Source: an uncultured bacterium (GTDB taxonomy: Bacteria; Margulisbacteria; WOR-1; CAVSGV01). Taken from it: DNA of 64,000 nucleotides. Below, piece after piece: positions 37,329 to 46,470 of this stretch. Location of the stretch: NCBI GenBank assembly GCA_963727815.1, contig CAVSGV010000006.1, forward strand, positions 583,471 to 647,470, given 5' to 3'. Under the pieces are notes generated by a model. The model saw nothing but the letters and a program-made list of their open reading frames with translations. It did not search any database and was not told the DNA's origin. The position numbers and the translations under genes are program-made. The number at the start of each line of letters is the position of its first letter. Position 1 is the stretch's first letter.

Positions 37329-38647
37329 AACGCTCATCGCTTATAACGGCGTTGTTGATATCGGTGACATTTGCCGCGCCCGCAATGCCTATCTCCCTGC
37401 AGGAAAGCGTGAACATGGCCCTTAATAACAATCCGCAGCTTTTAAGCGCGCAGAAAAAACTGAACGCGTCCGAAGCAAGGCTCGGCCAGGCGAGATCATA
37501 TCTGCTTCCGTCCCTTTCGGTGGCGGGAAGCGCCGGAAAGACGTACCAGCAGCCGCAGGAGATCATTGTCCCCGGGTTCGGCACTTTCAGCACTGCTCCG
37601 GATGAGCCGAACGACATTTCAACATATTCGTTCACCCTCAGCCAGATGTTATATAACGGCGGAGCCATAAACGGGCTGGCCATAGCTTATTACTCATATT
37701 CCAGCGCCAAAGAGGACCTGAGGAATGCCATCCAGGATGCGGCTTACAGGGTCGCTTCGGCGTATTACGGTCTTATCAACGCCGAAAAAGCCCATGACAT
37801 ATCTTCAGACATGGTAAAAAGCCTGCACAAGTACGTGGAGCAGGCGAATGTTCTCTATGACGCGGACCTTGTGACCAAAGCGGATGTATTAAGGGTCCAG
37901 ACGCAGCTTGAGAGCGCAAAACAGCAGGAGATATTGGCGAGAAAAGGGGAGATGCTGGCAAGACTGTCGTTGAACAGCATGCTCGGACTTCCGCTGACAA
38001 CGGAGACGACCCCGGTAATAGATGATAAAACGGCAAGCGTGGAATCTCTTTCACTGCCGCTGCTGCTTGATACCGCGTATAAGCAGAGGCCGGACTGGCT
38101 TTCGTATAAGCTGGCGGAGCAAACTGCAAATGCCCTGCTTTCCGTTTCGTATTCCGGATATATGCCGAACTTCGCGCTTGTGGGAACTTACGGCAGGACG
38201 ATAATATCCTATGAAAAATCGGAAGACGAGGATTTCAACACTAACCTTTTATCCTGGAGAGCGCTGATATCCGGGTCCTGGACGCTTTTTGACGGATTGA
38301 ACACTCCCAACAAGGTCGCGGAATCTCAGGCGAACCTGGACGCTTTAAGGGCGGATGGAAAGACATTAAGCGACGCGATAGCGCTGGATGTGACGTCCGA
38401 TTATTATGAGCTGTTGAGCACCCATGAAAGAGTGGATGCGGCGCGTTCCGCGGAGGATATGGCAAGAAAAATGATGCGTCTTGCCGAAATGAATTTCAGC
38501 CAGCGCATATACACGAGCGTTCAGCTGCTCGATTCGCAGACCGCATATCATGAAGCTCAGCTTGAACTTTTATCTGCCATCTACGACATGGAGCTTGCAA
38601 GAGCAAAGCTGGATAAAGCCGTGGGCAAGGATATTTACAGCAAGTAG
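37325..38647 (+). CDS. TolC-family outer-membrane factor
   Basis: 440 aa with a signal peptide and two OEP repeats (SLQESVNMALNNNPQLLSAQ..., ...YHEAQLELLSAIYDMELARAKLDKAVG). Confidence 0.85.
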   Translation: MKRSSLITALLISVTFAAPAMPISLQESVNMALNNNPQLLSAQKKLNASEARLGQARSYLLPSLSVAGSAGKTYQQPQEIIVPGFGTFSTAPDEPNDISTYSFTLSQMLYNGGAINGLAIAYYSYSSAKEDLRNAIQDAAYRVASAYYGLINAEKAHDISSDMVKSLHKYVEQANVLYDADLVTKADVLRVQTQLESAKQQEILARKGEMLARLSLNSMLGLPLTTETTPVIDDKTASVESLSLPLLLDTAYKQRPDWLSYKLAEQTANALLSVSYSGYMPNFALVGTYGRTIISYEKSEDEDFNTNLLSWRALISGSWTLFDGLNTPNKVAESQANLDALRADGKTLSDAIALDVTSDYYELLSTHERVDAARSAEDMARKMMRLAEMNFSQRIYTSVQLLDSQTAYHEAQLELLSAIYDMELARAKLDKAVGKDIYSK

Positions 38648-38716
38648 ATCCTTTTTCCGTGATATAATATTTTATTCGCTGCGTTCACGATTAAATCAGA
38701 AGGGGAGTTGATCTGA

Positions 38717-41113
38717 TTGGCAAACAACAAATATATCCGCTGGTTCGATGAGCTTGGTTCAAAAGACGTCCCGATAGTCGGCGGCAAGAACGCCAACCTG
38801 GGAGAAATGGTATCCACGCTGAAGAAAGAAGGCATCCCCGTTCCGTACGGTTTCGCGACCACATCAGACGCTTACCGCAGATTCATCGAATTCAACAAGC
38901 TTGATGAAAAGATAGGCGCGCTGATGAAAGAAATAAAGAAAGATCTGAAGTCGCTTGAAAAAGTGGGAAGCGCGGTCCGCAAGCTTTTTATCTCCGCGGA
39001 ATTCCCCGAGGACCTGAGCGCTCCCATGAAGCAGGCCTATAAAGAACTGTCCAAACGATATAACGCGTCGAACGCGGACGTGGCGGTGCGGAGCAGCGCT
39101 ACCGCGGAAGACCTTCCCGACGCGAGCTTTGCCGGCCAGCAGGAAACTTTCCTGAACATCGTCGGTGAAGAAGAACTGATGGACGCGTGCAAAAGATGTT
39201 ACGCTTCGCTTTTTACCGACAGGGCCATCAGTTACCGCATAGACAAGGACTTTGACCACATGAAAGTGGCGCTTTCCATCGGCGTACAGAAAATGGTCCG
39301 CTCCGACCTGGCGGCGTCCGGCGTAATGTTCTCTCTTGATACCGACACCGGATTCCGCAACGTCGTCATCATCAACGCGGCGTGGGGGCTGGGCGAGAAC
39401 GTGGTCCAGGGAACCGTGAATCCCGACGAATATCTCATCTTCAAGCCTTTTATAAACACGCCGGGCCTGGTCCCGGTCATCGAAAAGAACATGGGCGAAA
39501 AAGAAAAGAAGATGATATATGCGAAGACCGGCGGGAAGAAAACAAAGAACGTTATCACCACGCCGAAGGAAAGAAAAACTTTCGTCCTGAACGATGAAGA
39601 GATAATGAACCTGGCGAAATGGGCCGTCATAATCGAGAACCACTACAAAAGGCCCATGGACATGGAATGGGCGAAGGACGGCAGGACCGGCGAGCTTTTC
39701 ATAGTCCAGGCGAGGGCGGAGACCGTGGAATCCAGGAAAGAAGCCTCCACGTTCAAAGAATATCGATTACTCGGCAAAGGGAAAAAGATAGTCGAGGGCA
39801 TGGCGGTGGGCGAAGCCATCACTTCCGGCAAGGCGCAGGTCATAAAGAACGTCAAGGACATCGATAAATTCGTCGACGGGTCAATTCTCGTGACGTTCAT
39901 GACGGATCCTGACTGGGTCCCGATAATGAAAAAAGCGGCGGGAATAATCACGGACCACGGCGGCCGCACATCACACGCCGCCATCGTCAGCAGGGAACTC
40001 GGCATACCGGCCATCGTAGGCACCGGCAACGGGACAAAGATCCTGAAGGACGGGCAGGTGATAACGCTTTCCTGCGAAGGAGAAAAAGGTTTCGTATATG
40101 ACGGGGAAGTGAAATACGAAGCTGTGGAGCTCGATCTTAAGAATTTGCCTGAAACGAAAACGCAGATCATGATGAACATCGGCGACCCGGCGGCCGGGTT
40201 CAGGTGGTGGAAGATGCCGGCGAAGGGGATCGGCCTGGCGCGCATGGAGTTCATCATCAACAACAGCATCAAGATCCATCCCATGGCGCTGGTGAAGTTC
40301 GACCAGCTTAAGGATATGAAAGCGAAAGCGCTCATAACGAAAATGACGAGAGGGCTTAAGGATAAATCAGAATTCTTCGTCGACAACCTTGCCCGCGGCA
40401 TAGCGATGATAGCCGCGTCACAGCATCCTTATCCCGTCATAGTGCGCATGAGCGACTTCAAGACGAACGAATACGCCAATCTCATCGGAGGAGCGCAGTT
40501 CGAGGCCAAAGAGGAAAATCCGATGATCGGTTTCCGCGGCGCATCGCGTTACTACGACGACAAGTACCGCGAAGGTTTCGCGCTCGAGTGCAAGGCCATC
40601 AAGCGTGTCAGAGAGAAAATGGGGCTGACCAACGTCGTCGTAATGATCCCTTTCTGCAGGACCGTAAAAGAGGCCGACAACTGCCTGGCCGAAATGGAGA
40701 AGAACGGGTTGAAGAGGGGAGAGAACGGTCTCCAGGTTTACGTGATGGCGGAGATACCATCGAACATAATCCTGGCCGATCAATTTTCACTCAGGTTCGA
40801 CGGCTTCTCCATCGGAAGCAACGATCTCACTCAACTTACTCTTGGCATCGACCGCGATTCAGCCCAGCTCGCGAAGCTATTTGATGAGAGGAACGATGCG
40901 ATCAAGAGATCGATAACCCATCTCATCGAAGTGGCGCATCAGAACAAAGTGAAGGTGGGCATCTGCGGGCAGGCGCCCAGCGATTACCCGGATTTCGCGA
41001 GGTTCCTGGTGGAACAGGGCATCGATTCGATATCACTTAACCCTGACAGCGTCATAGAGATCATTCGGACCGTGGCGGACGCGGAAAAGACGTTAGCTTC
41101 CAAAAAAGTCTGA
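38717..41113 (+). CDS. ppsA: Phosphoenolpyruvate synthase (pyruvate, water dikinase)
   Basis: 798 aa. N-terminal ATP-grasp (VGGKNANLGEM), phospho-His domain (GGRTSHAAIVSRELGIPAIVG) and a C-terminal PEP-utilising TIM barrel (GICGQAPSD). TTG start preceded by AAGGGGAG. Confidence 0.95.
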   Translation: MANNKYIRWFDELGSKDVPIVGGKNANLGEMVSTLKKEGIPVPYGFATTSDAYRRFIEFNKLDEKIGALMKEIKKDLKSLEKVGSAVRKLFISAEFPEDLSAPMKQAYKELSKRYNASNADVAVRSSATAEDLPDASFAGQQETFLNIVGEEELMDACKRCYASLFTDRAISYRIDKDFDHMKVALSIGVQKMVRSDLAASGVMFSLDTDTGFRNVVIINAAWGLGENVVQGTVNPDEYLIFKPFINTPGLVPVIEKNMGEKEKKMIYAKTGGKKTKNVITTPKERKTFVLNDEEIMNLAKWAVIIENHYKRPMDMEWAKDGRTGELFIVQARAETVESRKEASTFKEYRLLGKGKKIVEGMAVGEAITSGKAQVIKNVKDIDKFVDGSILVTFMTDPDWVPIMKKAAGIITDHGGRTSHAAIVSRELGIPAIVGTGNGTKILKDGQVITLSCEGEKGFVYDGEVKYEAVELDLKNLPETKTQIMMNIGDPAAGFRWWKMPAKGIGLARMEFIINNSIKIHPMALVKFDQLKDMKAKALITKMTRGLKDKSEFFVDNLARGIAMIAASQHPYPVIVRMSDFKTNEYANLIGGAQFEAKEENPMIGFRGASRYYDDKYREGFALECKAIKRVREKMGLTNVVVMIPFCRTVKEADNCLAEMEKNGLKRGENGLQVYVMAEIPSNIILADQFSLRFDGFSIGSNDLTQLTLGIDRDSAQLAKLFDERNDAIKRSITHLIEVAHQNKVKVGICGQAPSDYPDFARFLVEQGIDSISLNPDSVIEIIRTVADAEKTLASKKV

Positions 41114-41115
41114 GT

Positions 41116-41151
41116 AAAAAAAAGGCCCGTTAAGCTTTCGCATAACGAGCC
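41116..41151 (-). terminator. Intrinsic terminator of the RRM-protein gene
   Basis: On the minus strand: GGCTCGTTA-loop-TAACGGGCC followed by T8 (A-run 41116-41123 on the plus strand). It sits between convergent ppsA and the RRM gene. Confidence 0.55.
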
Positions 41152-41168
41152 TCTCAAATCACAAGGAT

Positions 41169-41456
41169 TTAGAACCTTGAGCCAAAGCTCCTAGGTCTTT
41201 CGCTTCTTTCCGTCCTCGGCTTCGCTTCATTGACAACGATCTCTCGGTCTCCGAACTTCTTGCCGTTCATTGCGGAAATAGCCTTGTCCATATCAGCATC
41301 TTCAACTTCGACAAAGCCAAAACCTTTGGCCTTACCGGAGAATTTGTCTGTTATGAGCCTGACCGCGAGCACTTTTACATGCTCTTCAAATTTCTGCTTC
41401 ACCTCATCCTCGGTCGCTGACCAAGGCAGGTTGCCCACAAATAAACTCTTCGCCAT
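41169..41456 (-). CDS. RRM-type RNA-binding protein
   Basis: 95 aa with RNP2 (LFVGNL) and RNP1 (KGFGFVEV) motifs and an Arg/Ser-rich tail. GAGGTG lies 10 nt upstream of the ATG. Confidence 0.9.
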   Translation of the reverse strand: MAKSLFVGNLPWSATEDEVKQKFEEHVKVLAVRLITDKFSGKAKGFGFVEVEDADMDKAISAMNGKKFGDREIVVNEAKPRTERSERPRSFGSRF

Positions 41457-41510
41457 TTATAATTTCACCTCACTCTGTATCTTATTTTATTTCTGTTAAT
41501 CACTCTTAAA

Positions 41511-41540
41511 CAAAAAACCCAAGACGAAAAAGTTCTTGGG
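41511..41540 (-). terminator. Terminator-like hairpin inside the 5' leader of the RRM gene (candidate attenuator)
   Basis: On the minus strand: CCCAAGA-ACTTTTTCG-TCTTGGG followed by TTTTTTG. It lies ~55 nt upstream of the ATG and downstream of the predicted promoter. Confidence 0.4.
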
Positions 41541-41614
41541 TATAGTATCAGATATCTATATTAAAAATATGTATAACCGACAAAGACCATTAACCTCAAC
41601 TCTTTACGCCCGAC

Positions 41615-41643
41615 ACTATATGCCACTGTTGGTATTAATGCAA
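41615..41643 (-). promoter_or_regulatory. Sigma-70-type promoter for the RRM gene
   Basis: On the minus strand: TTGCAT (41643-41638), a 17-nt spacer, then TATAGT (41620-41615). This implies a ~150-nt leader. Confidence 0.35.
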
Positions 41644-41733
41644 GCTATATTTGTATCGACGGATAACTCCCCGGATTTCACTTATTTGGGAAATGGGTGG
41701 CTGCTTCCGGCTCTGGCTAATTACCGCTTATTG

Positions 41734-41742
41734 TGTTATAAT
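41734..41742 (+). promoter_or_regulatory. Extended -10 (TGtTATAAT) upstream of the GNAT gene
   Basis: TGTGTTATAAT lies 21 nt upstream of ATG 41763, with GGAGG at 41752-41756. Confidence 0.35.
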
Positions 41743-41762
41743 GTCCGTTCTGGAGGCCAAAC

Positions 41763-42185
41763 ATGATCGATCTCGAGATCAGGAAAGCGAAGAAGCAGGA
41801 TAAAGCCCCGCTTCTGAAGCTGATGAAAGAAACGGGCCTTTTCGTACCGCGTCTGCGGATGGAAGACTTCTACGTGGCATACCGGGGAGAGAACCTCGTC
41901 GGCCTGGCCCGCCTTAAGACCTACAAACAGCACAGGATGCATGAGATATCCAACGTCGGGGTAAAGGACGGCTGGAGAAAATGCGGAATAGGCAGCATGA
42001 TAGTCTCATCGGTCATCGACAAGGCAAGGTATGACATCTACCTTAATACCTTAACGCCGGCTTTTTACGAGAAACTCGGTTTCAAGAAAGCCGAAAAGGT
42101 CCCAACTCCAATGAAAAAGAACGGATCGTGGTGCAAGGGATGCGAGAAAGACAAGTGCACTACGCTGATGAAAACGATAAAATAA
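41763..42185 (+). CDS. GNAT-family N-acetyltransferase
   Basis: 140 aa with an acetyl-CoA-binding motif-A-like segment (VGVKDGWRKCGIGSMIV) and a YEKLGF motif. Confidence 0.75.
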   Translation: MIDLEIRKAKKQDKAPLLKLMKETGLFVPRLRMEDFYVAYRGENLVGLARLKTYKQHRMHEISNVGVKDGWRKCGIGSMIVSSVIDKARYDIYLNTLTPAFYEKLGFKKAEKVPTPMKKNGSWCKGCEKDKCTTLMKTIK

Positions 42186-43060
42186 TGGATACGTCCCCGG
42201 AACAACCCGCCTATAAGAGCGTTTCTTTGGACGACAAGGCTTTGTTCGAAAAGTTTTTCCATGATCACCCCGCCTCCACATCGGAGCTTACTTTCACGAA
42301 TTTCTTTATCTGGAGGGACTGCGACAGGTCGAAGGCGGCAGTCATCAACGGGAACATTTGCGTCTATGCCGAGCCGGAGAACGAGCCGCCGTATTTCTTT
42401 GAGCCGTTGGGGAGCAGTAAGATGGAGGAGACCATCGATGCCTGCGCAAAAAAGATCCCCAGGTTCAGCAGGGTGTCCGAAGGGTTCGCGAAAAAATATT
42501 TTGCAGATGCCAAGCGATTCAGGATCGAACTCGACCGCAACAACGCCGATTATGTTTACAATACTTCAGACCTGATAAACCTGAAAGGAAAGAAGTATGA
42601 CGGCAAACGCAACAAGATCAGAAAGTTCCTCAAGAACAACATACCCATCTATCAACCGCTGACGGAAGAGCTTGTTCCCGACTGTTTGATATTGCTGGAT
42701 AAATGGGCCCAGGAAAGAAAAGGCGGGATCTGTTTTGACGCGCCCATAAAGGAAGCGCTGAAGAACCTGAAGGTATTGGGTTTGACGGCAGCTGCAGTCA
42801 GGATAAACGGCAGGATCGGAGCTTTTACAGTGGGCGAAAGATTGAACCAGGATACCGCAATCATTTACATCGAAGTGGCCGACCCGGAAATAGACGGCCT
42901 TTCGCAGTACATTAACCAGCAGTTCTGCAGGAACGAGTGGGCGGATACGCTTTTCATCAACAGGGAGGCCGACCTGGGCGACGCGGGGTTGAGAAGGGCA
43001 AAGCTGTCGTATCATCCGGCGCAGATGGCGAATAAATACACGGTCACGCTTATAGACTAA
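42185..43060 (+). CDS. DUF2156-domain protein (MprF C-terminal-domain-like)
   Basis: 291 aa from ATG 42185, overlapping the GNAT stop. ELTFTNFFIWRD and the later FINREADLGDAGLRRAKLSYHP match my memory of DUF2156 / aminoacyl-PG-synthase C-terminal domains. Confidence 0.6.
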   Translation: MDTSPEQPAYKSVSLDDKALFEKFFHDHPASTSELTFTNFFIWRDCDRSKAAVINGNICVYAEPENEPPYFFEPLGSSKMEETIDACAKKIPRFSRVSEGFAKKYFADAKRFRIELDRNNADYVYNTSDLINLKGKKYDGKRNKIRKFLKNNIPIYQPLTEELVPDCLILLDKWAQERKGGICFDAPIKEALKNLKVLGLTAAAVRINGRIGAFTVGERLNQDTAIIYIEVADPEIDGLSQYINQQFCRNEWADTLFINREADLGDAGLRRAKLSYHPAQMANKYTVTLID

Positions 43061-43088
43061 CTTATCCATTGATGGTATTATTTCCCGC

Positions 43089-44030
43089 ATGGAAAGATCG
43101 AACTTAAAGAAAAAGAAAATAGCCGTCATCATGGGTGGAAAGTCCGGTGAACGCGAGGTTTCCCTCCGGTCGGGCAAACGCATCCTCCAGTCGCTGAAGT
43201 CCCAGGGTTTCAAGGCAATACAGCTCGACAGCGACGACAACCTCATCGACAACCTAAAAAAGAACAAGATCGACATCGCGTATATCGCGCTGCACGGTAG
43301 ATACGGCGAGGACGGCACAATTCAGGGCTTGCTCGAGCAGTACGGCGTTCCATATACCGGATCGAAGATACTCGCGTCAGCCCTGGGAATGAACAAGGTG
43401 GCCGCGAAAAGGATATTCGACTCCTGCGGCATACCGACGCCGAAATTCATCGCCATCGACAACGCTTCCGACCTGAAAAAACAATGTGAGATAATCAGGA
43501 ACGTTTTTCCATTCCCGCTGGTCGTAAAACCGGTTTCAGAGGGATCAAGCCTGGGCGTCTCCATCATCAAGGACGAGGAAAAGCTGGAGAAGATCGTCAT
43601 TGATACCGTTAAAAAATTCTGCGACGTTTTCATCGAAGAGTTCATCAAGGGAAAAGAGGTCACAGTGGGGATCATCGGCAAAGGAGAAGATATCACGGCT
43701 CTTCCCATACTCGAGCTGAAGCCGAAGAACGAGTTCTACGATTTTGAGGCGAAATATTCAGCGGGCGGAACGGATTTCATCCTTCCCGCGAAGCTGCCGA
43801 AAGACCTCTACAGGCACGTGCAGGACACGGCCCTGGCCGCTCACAAGGCGCTCGGATGCTACGGCGTCTCCCGGGTCGATTTCATCGTCGCCGGCAACCA
43901 CACTCCTTACGTCACGGAAGTGAACACCATCCCCGGAATGACCGACAGGAGCGACCTTCCCGCGGAAGCCGAGAACGCGGGGATATCGTTCGATGAACTG
44001 GTCGTGAAGATACTTGAGAGCGCGTACTAA
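43089..44030 (+). CDS. ddl: D-alanine--D-alanine ligase
   Basis: 313 aa of ATP-grasp Ddl (IALHGRYGEDGTIQGLLE, VKPVSEGSSLGV, EVNTIPGMT). Confidence 0.9.
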   Translation: MERSNLKKKKIAVIMGGKSGEREVSLRSGKRILQSLKSQGFKAIQLDSDDNLIDNLKKNKIDIAYIALHGRYGEDGTIQGLLEQYGVPYTGSKILASALGMNKVAAKRIFDSCGIPTPKFIAIDNASDLKKQCEIIRNVFPFPLVVKPVSEGSSLGVSIIKDEEKLEKIVIDTVKKFCDVFIEEFIKGKEVTVGIIGKGEDITALPILELKPKNEFYDFEAKYSAGGTDFILPAKLPKDLYRHVQDTALAAHKALGCYGVSRVDFIVAGNHTPYVTEVNTIPGMTDRSDLPAEAENAGISFDELVVKILESAY

Positions 44031-44760
44031 ACCATTAAGCTGGTATATCATCTGGACCGTTATTTTCGCGGTGACGTTCTCCATCCTCCTCGGCTTCGTT
44101 CTTTCGCTTCCTGTCTGGCGCACGGAGAGGGTCATCGTCAAAGGGAATGTGTATCTTCCGGAAGATAAGATCATCAATACCGCCAAAGTCCCTATCGGAG
44201 AGAACATCTTCATGATAGATATGGACGAAGTTAAAGGCAGGTTCTCAAAGGTCATCCAGATAAAGGACCTGAAGGTCAAAAGAAAACTTCCGGGAACGAT
44301 CGAGTTGGATATCACGGAAAGAAAACCTTTTGCCATCGCGGTCATCGGCAGCACGACCACGCTGATCGACGAGGATGGTTACATAATCGCTAAACAAGCA
44401 TCCATATCCTCCATTTACGGGCTGAACATCGCCGATTATCCGGTCATCCGCGGGATAAGCGCAAAGTCGCTCGATGGCGGCATGAGGCTGAACAGCAGCG
44501 ACAGGATATTCATTAAGGATGCCCTGACGCTTTTGTCCAGTTCGATGGACCCGGGACAGGTGCAGCTGGAGGTGGGCAAGCGCGATGACATCGTAATATT
44601 CCTTGAGGACATCGTAAAGGTGAAGATAGGGGATGCGAGCGAGATAGCAAGAAAGATAAAGATCATGCAGGCATTGCTTGATTCGATAAAGGATAAATGG
44701 GTCAAGGTGGCATATATAGATGTAAGGGTCCCCGACGCTCCGGTGATAAAATTCAAATAA
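44014..44760 (+). CDS. ftsQ: Cell-division protein FtsQ (POTRA domain)
   Basis: N-terminal TM, then POTRA-like sequence (VIVKGNVYLPEDKII...IQIKDLKVKRKLPGTIELDITERKPFA). It sits between ddl and ftsZ. TTG start within the ddl 3' end. Confidence 0.7.
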   Translation: MRARTKPLSWYIIWTVIFAVTFSILLGFVLSLPVWRTERVIVKGNVYLPEDKIINTAKVPIGENIFMIDMDEVKGRFSKVIQIKDLKVKRKLPGTIELDITERKPFAIAVIGSTTTLIDEDGYIIAKQASISSIYGLNIADYPVIRGISAKSLDGGMRLNSSDRIFIKDALTLLSSSMDPGQVQLEVGKRDDIVIFLEDIVKVKIGDASEIARKIKIMQALLDSIKDKWVKVAYIDVRVPDAPVIKFK

Positions 44761-44841
44761 ATACTCTTGCAATTCCGATGAAATCTGCTATATTACTGGG
44801 TTAGCAAAGGTCCCAGATTTTTAAACGCGGGGGCAAAAAAG

Positions 44842-45993
44842 TTGGATAATGGCATAATCGGCGAGGGTTCTAAAACTTTTGCGACCATCAAAGTGATGGG
44901 AATAGGCGGCGGTGGAACGAATGCCGTCAATAGGATGGTGGGCTCCGGACTTAAAGGCGTTGAATTCTGGGCGGTAAACACCGACAACCAGGCACTCTCC
45001 GTTTCACTCGCAGACCACAGGCTTCAAATAGGCGGAAAGCTCACAAAAGGGCTGGGCGCGGGATCAAATCCCGAAATAGGACAAAAAGCCGCAGAAGAAT
45101 CCAGAGAAGACATCAAAGCAGCTCTTGCTGACGCGGACATGGTTTTTCTTACCGCGGGCATGGGCGGCGGGACGGGAACAGGCGCTTCTCCGGTCATCGC
45201 TGAAGTTGCCAGAGAACTGGGAGCATTGACCGTCGGCGTCGTAACAAAGCCTTTCAGGTTCGAAGGCCCGGTAAGGATATCTCAGGCTGAAAGCGGAGTC
45301 GTCCTCCTCAGAGAAAAAGTCGACGCTCTCATCGTAATTCCCAACGACAAATTACTCCAAGTAGTCGAGAAACGCACGTCGATAATCGAAGCGTTCAAGA
45401 TAGCCGATGATGTTCTCCGTCACGGCGTAAAAGGAATATCCGATCTCATCACCGTTCCCGGCCTCATCAATCTCGATTTTGCGGACATCAGGACCATCAT
45501 GTTCGATGCCGGCAGCGCGATGATGGGCATCGGCACTGCTTCGGGCGAGAACAGGGCGATGGAAGCCGCGGAAGCCGCGATATCCAGTCCGCTGCTTGAG
45601 GAGACCATCACTGGGGCGAAAGGCGTGGTGTTCAACGTGACCGGCGGCAGCGACCTTACATTGTACGAAGTGAACGACGCGGCGGAGGTCATATATAACG
45701 CGGTCGATCCGGAAGCCAACATCATATTCGGCGCCGTCATCGACGAGAAGCTCCAGGGCGAGGTCGTAATCACGGTCATCGCCACCGGTTTCAAGAACGC
45801 AACAAGGAAAAAGAGCGCAGGGGCTGAAGAGATGAACATTCGGAACAAGATGAAGCCGGAGATAATGAGCCCAGAACAAAGAGAAGATCGAGCTGCCCGC
45901 TTTCCTCAAGAACGTCTGACCAACTCGGTCGTTTGTATTCGAACCCTTTGTGATAAAATCATTGTATGGAACCAAAAGCCACGGAACTTATAG
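44842..45993 (+). CDS. ftsZ: Cell-division GTPase FtsZ (3' end frameshifted)
   Basis: [10 protein letters not shown] and [11 protein letters not shown] tubulin signatures, with a TTG start. The called ORF ends in a non-FtsZ tail. The conserved C-terminal peptide ...[13 protein letters not shown] is encoded in the +1 frame (45869-45919). Confidence 0.9.
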   Translation: MDNGIIGEGSKTFATIKVMGIGGGGTNAVNRMVGSGLKGVEFWAVNTDNQALSVSLADHRLQIGGKLTKGLGAGSNPEIGQKAAEESREDIKAALADADMVFLTAGMGGGTGTGASPVIAEVARELGALTVGVVTKPFRFEGPVRISQAESGVVLLREKVDALIVIPNDKLLQVVEKRTSIIEAFKIADDVLRHGVKGISDLITVPGLINLDFADIRTIMFDAGSAMMGIGTASGENRAMEAAEAAISSPLLEETITGAKGVVFNVTGGSDLTLYEVNDAAEVIYNAVDPEANIIFGAVIDEKLQGEVVITVIATGFKNATRKKSAGAEEMNIRNKMKPEIMSPEQREDRAARFPQERLTNSVVCIRTLCDKIIVWNQKPRNL

Positions 45994-46033
45994 TTTTCAT
46001 GAACACAAGCCCGATATTTAAAGGAACATCGGC

Positions 46034-46252
46034 GTGATGGTCGTAGGAATGATCGCGCTGCTGTTCAGCTGGTGGATGATAAAGAAGTGGAAAGAGCCCC
46101 TGACTTGGCAGTTCATGATATTCATCGGCCTGTCGGTCTTTATAGTTCTTTACGGGTTATTTATCCTTATTTTCCAGCCGCAGTGGTGGATACCCGCCGT
46201 GGTGGCCGACGAAATAAAACCCCAAATCCAAACTTCAAAATCCCAACAATGA
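46034..46252 (+). CDS. Small two-TM membrane protein (GTG start)
   Basis: 72 aa with two hydrophobic helices. Its 3' end overlaps GGGATTT-type repeat sequence, so it may not be a real gene. Confidence 0.3.
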   Translation: MMVVGMIALLFSWWMIKKWKEPLTWQFMIFIGLSVFIVLYGLFILIFQPQWWIPAVVADEIKPQIQTSKSQQ

Positions 46253-46318
46253 GTGGCTTCGCCACGATATTTTATATATAATAATTAAGTTATATTTGAT
46301 TTGATCTTTTGGATTTCA

Positions 46319-46373
46319 TTTGGGATTTGGTCATTGGGATTTTCGCTGAGTGCAGCGAAGCGTTGGGGGATCG
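46319..46373 (+). repeat. 55-nt direct repeat, copy 1 (tRNA-Gln upstream region + first 10 nt of the tRNA)
   Basis: TTTGGGATTTGGTCATTGGGATTTTCGCTGAGTGCAGCGAAGCGTTGGGGGATCG. It is 51/55 identical to 46471-46525. Confidence 0.85.
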
Positions 46374-46411
46374 CCCGCCTTCGCTGAAGCTACAGCGGGC
46401 AGGTCTAACGG
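46364..46411 (+). pseudogene. 5' fragment of tRNA-Gln (nt 1-18) split by a 30-nt hairpin insert
   Basis: TGGGGGATCG + [CCCGCCTTCGCTGAAGCTACAGCGGGCAGG] + TCTAACGG equals nt 1-10 and 11-18 of the intact tRNA at 46516. The sequence diverges afterwards. Confidence 0.7.
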
Positions 46412-46470
46412 AAATAAACTTTTGTTTTCTTGCGTATTTTTGTAATTTGTCATTTGTGATTTATTTGGAA

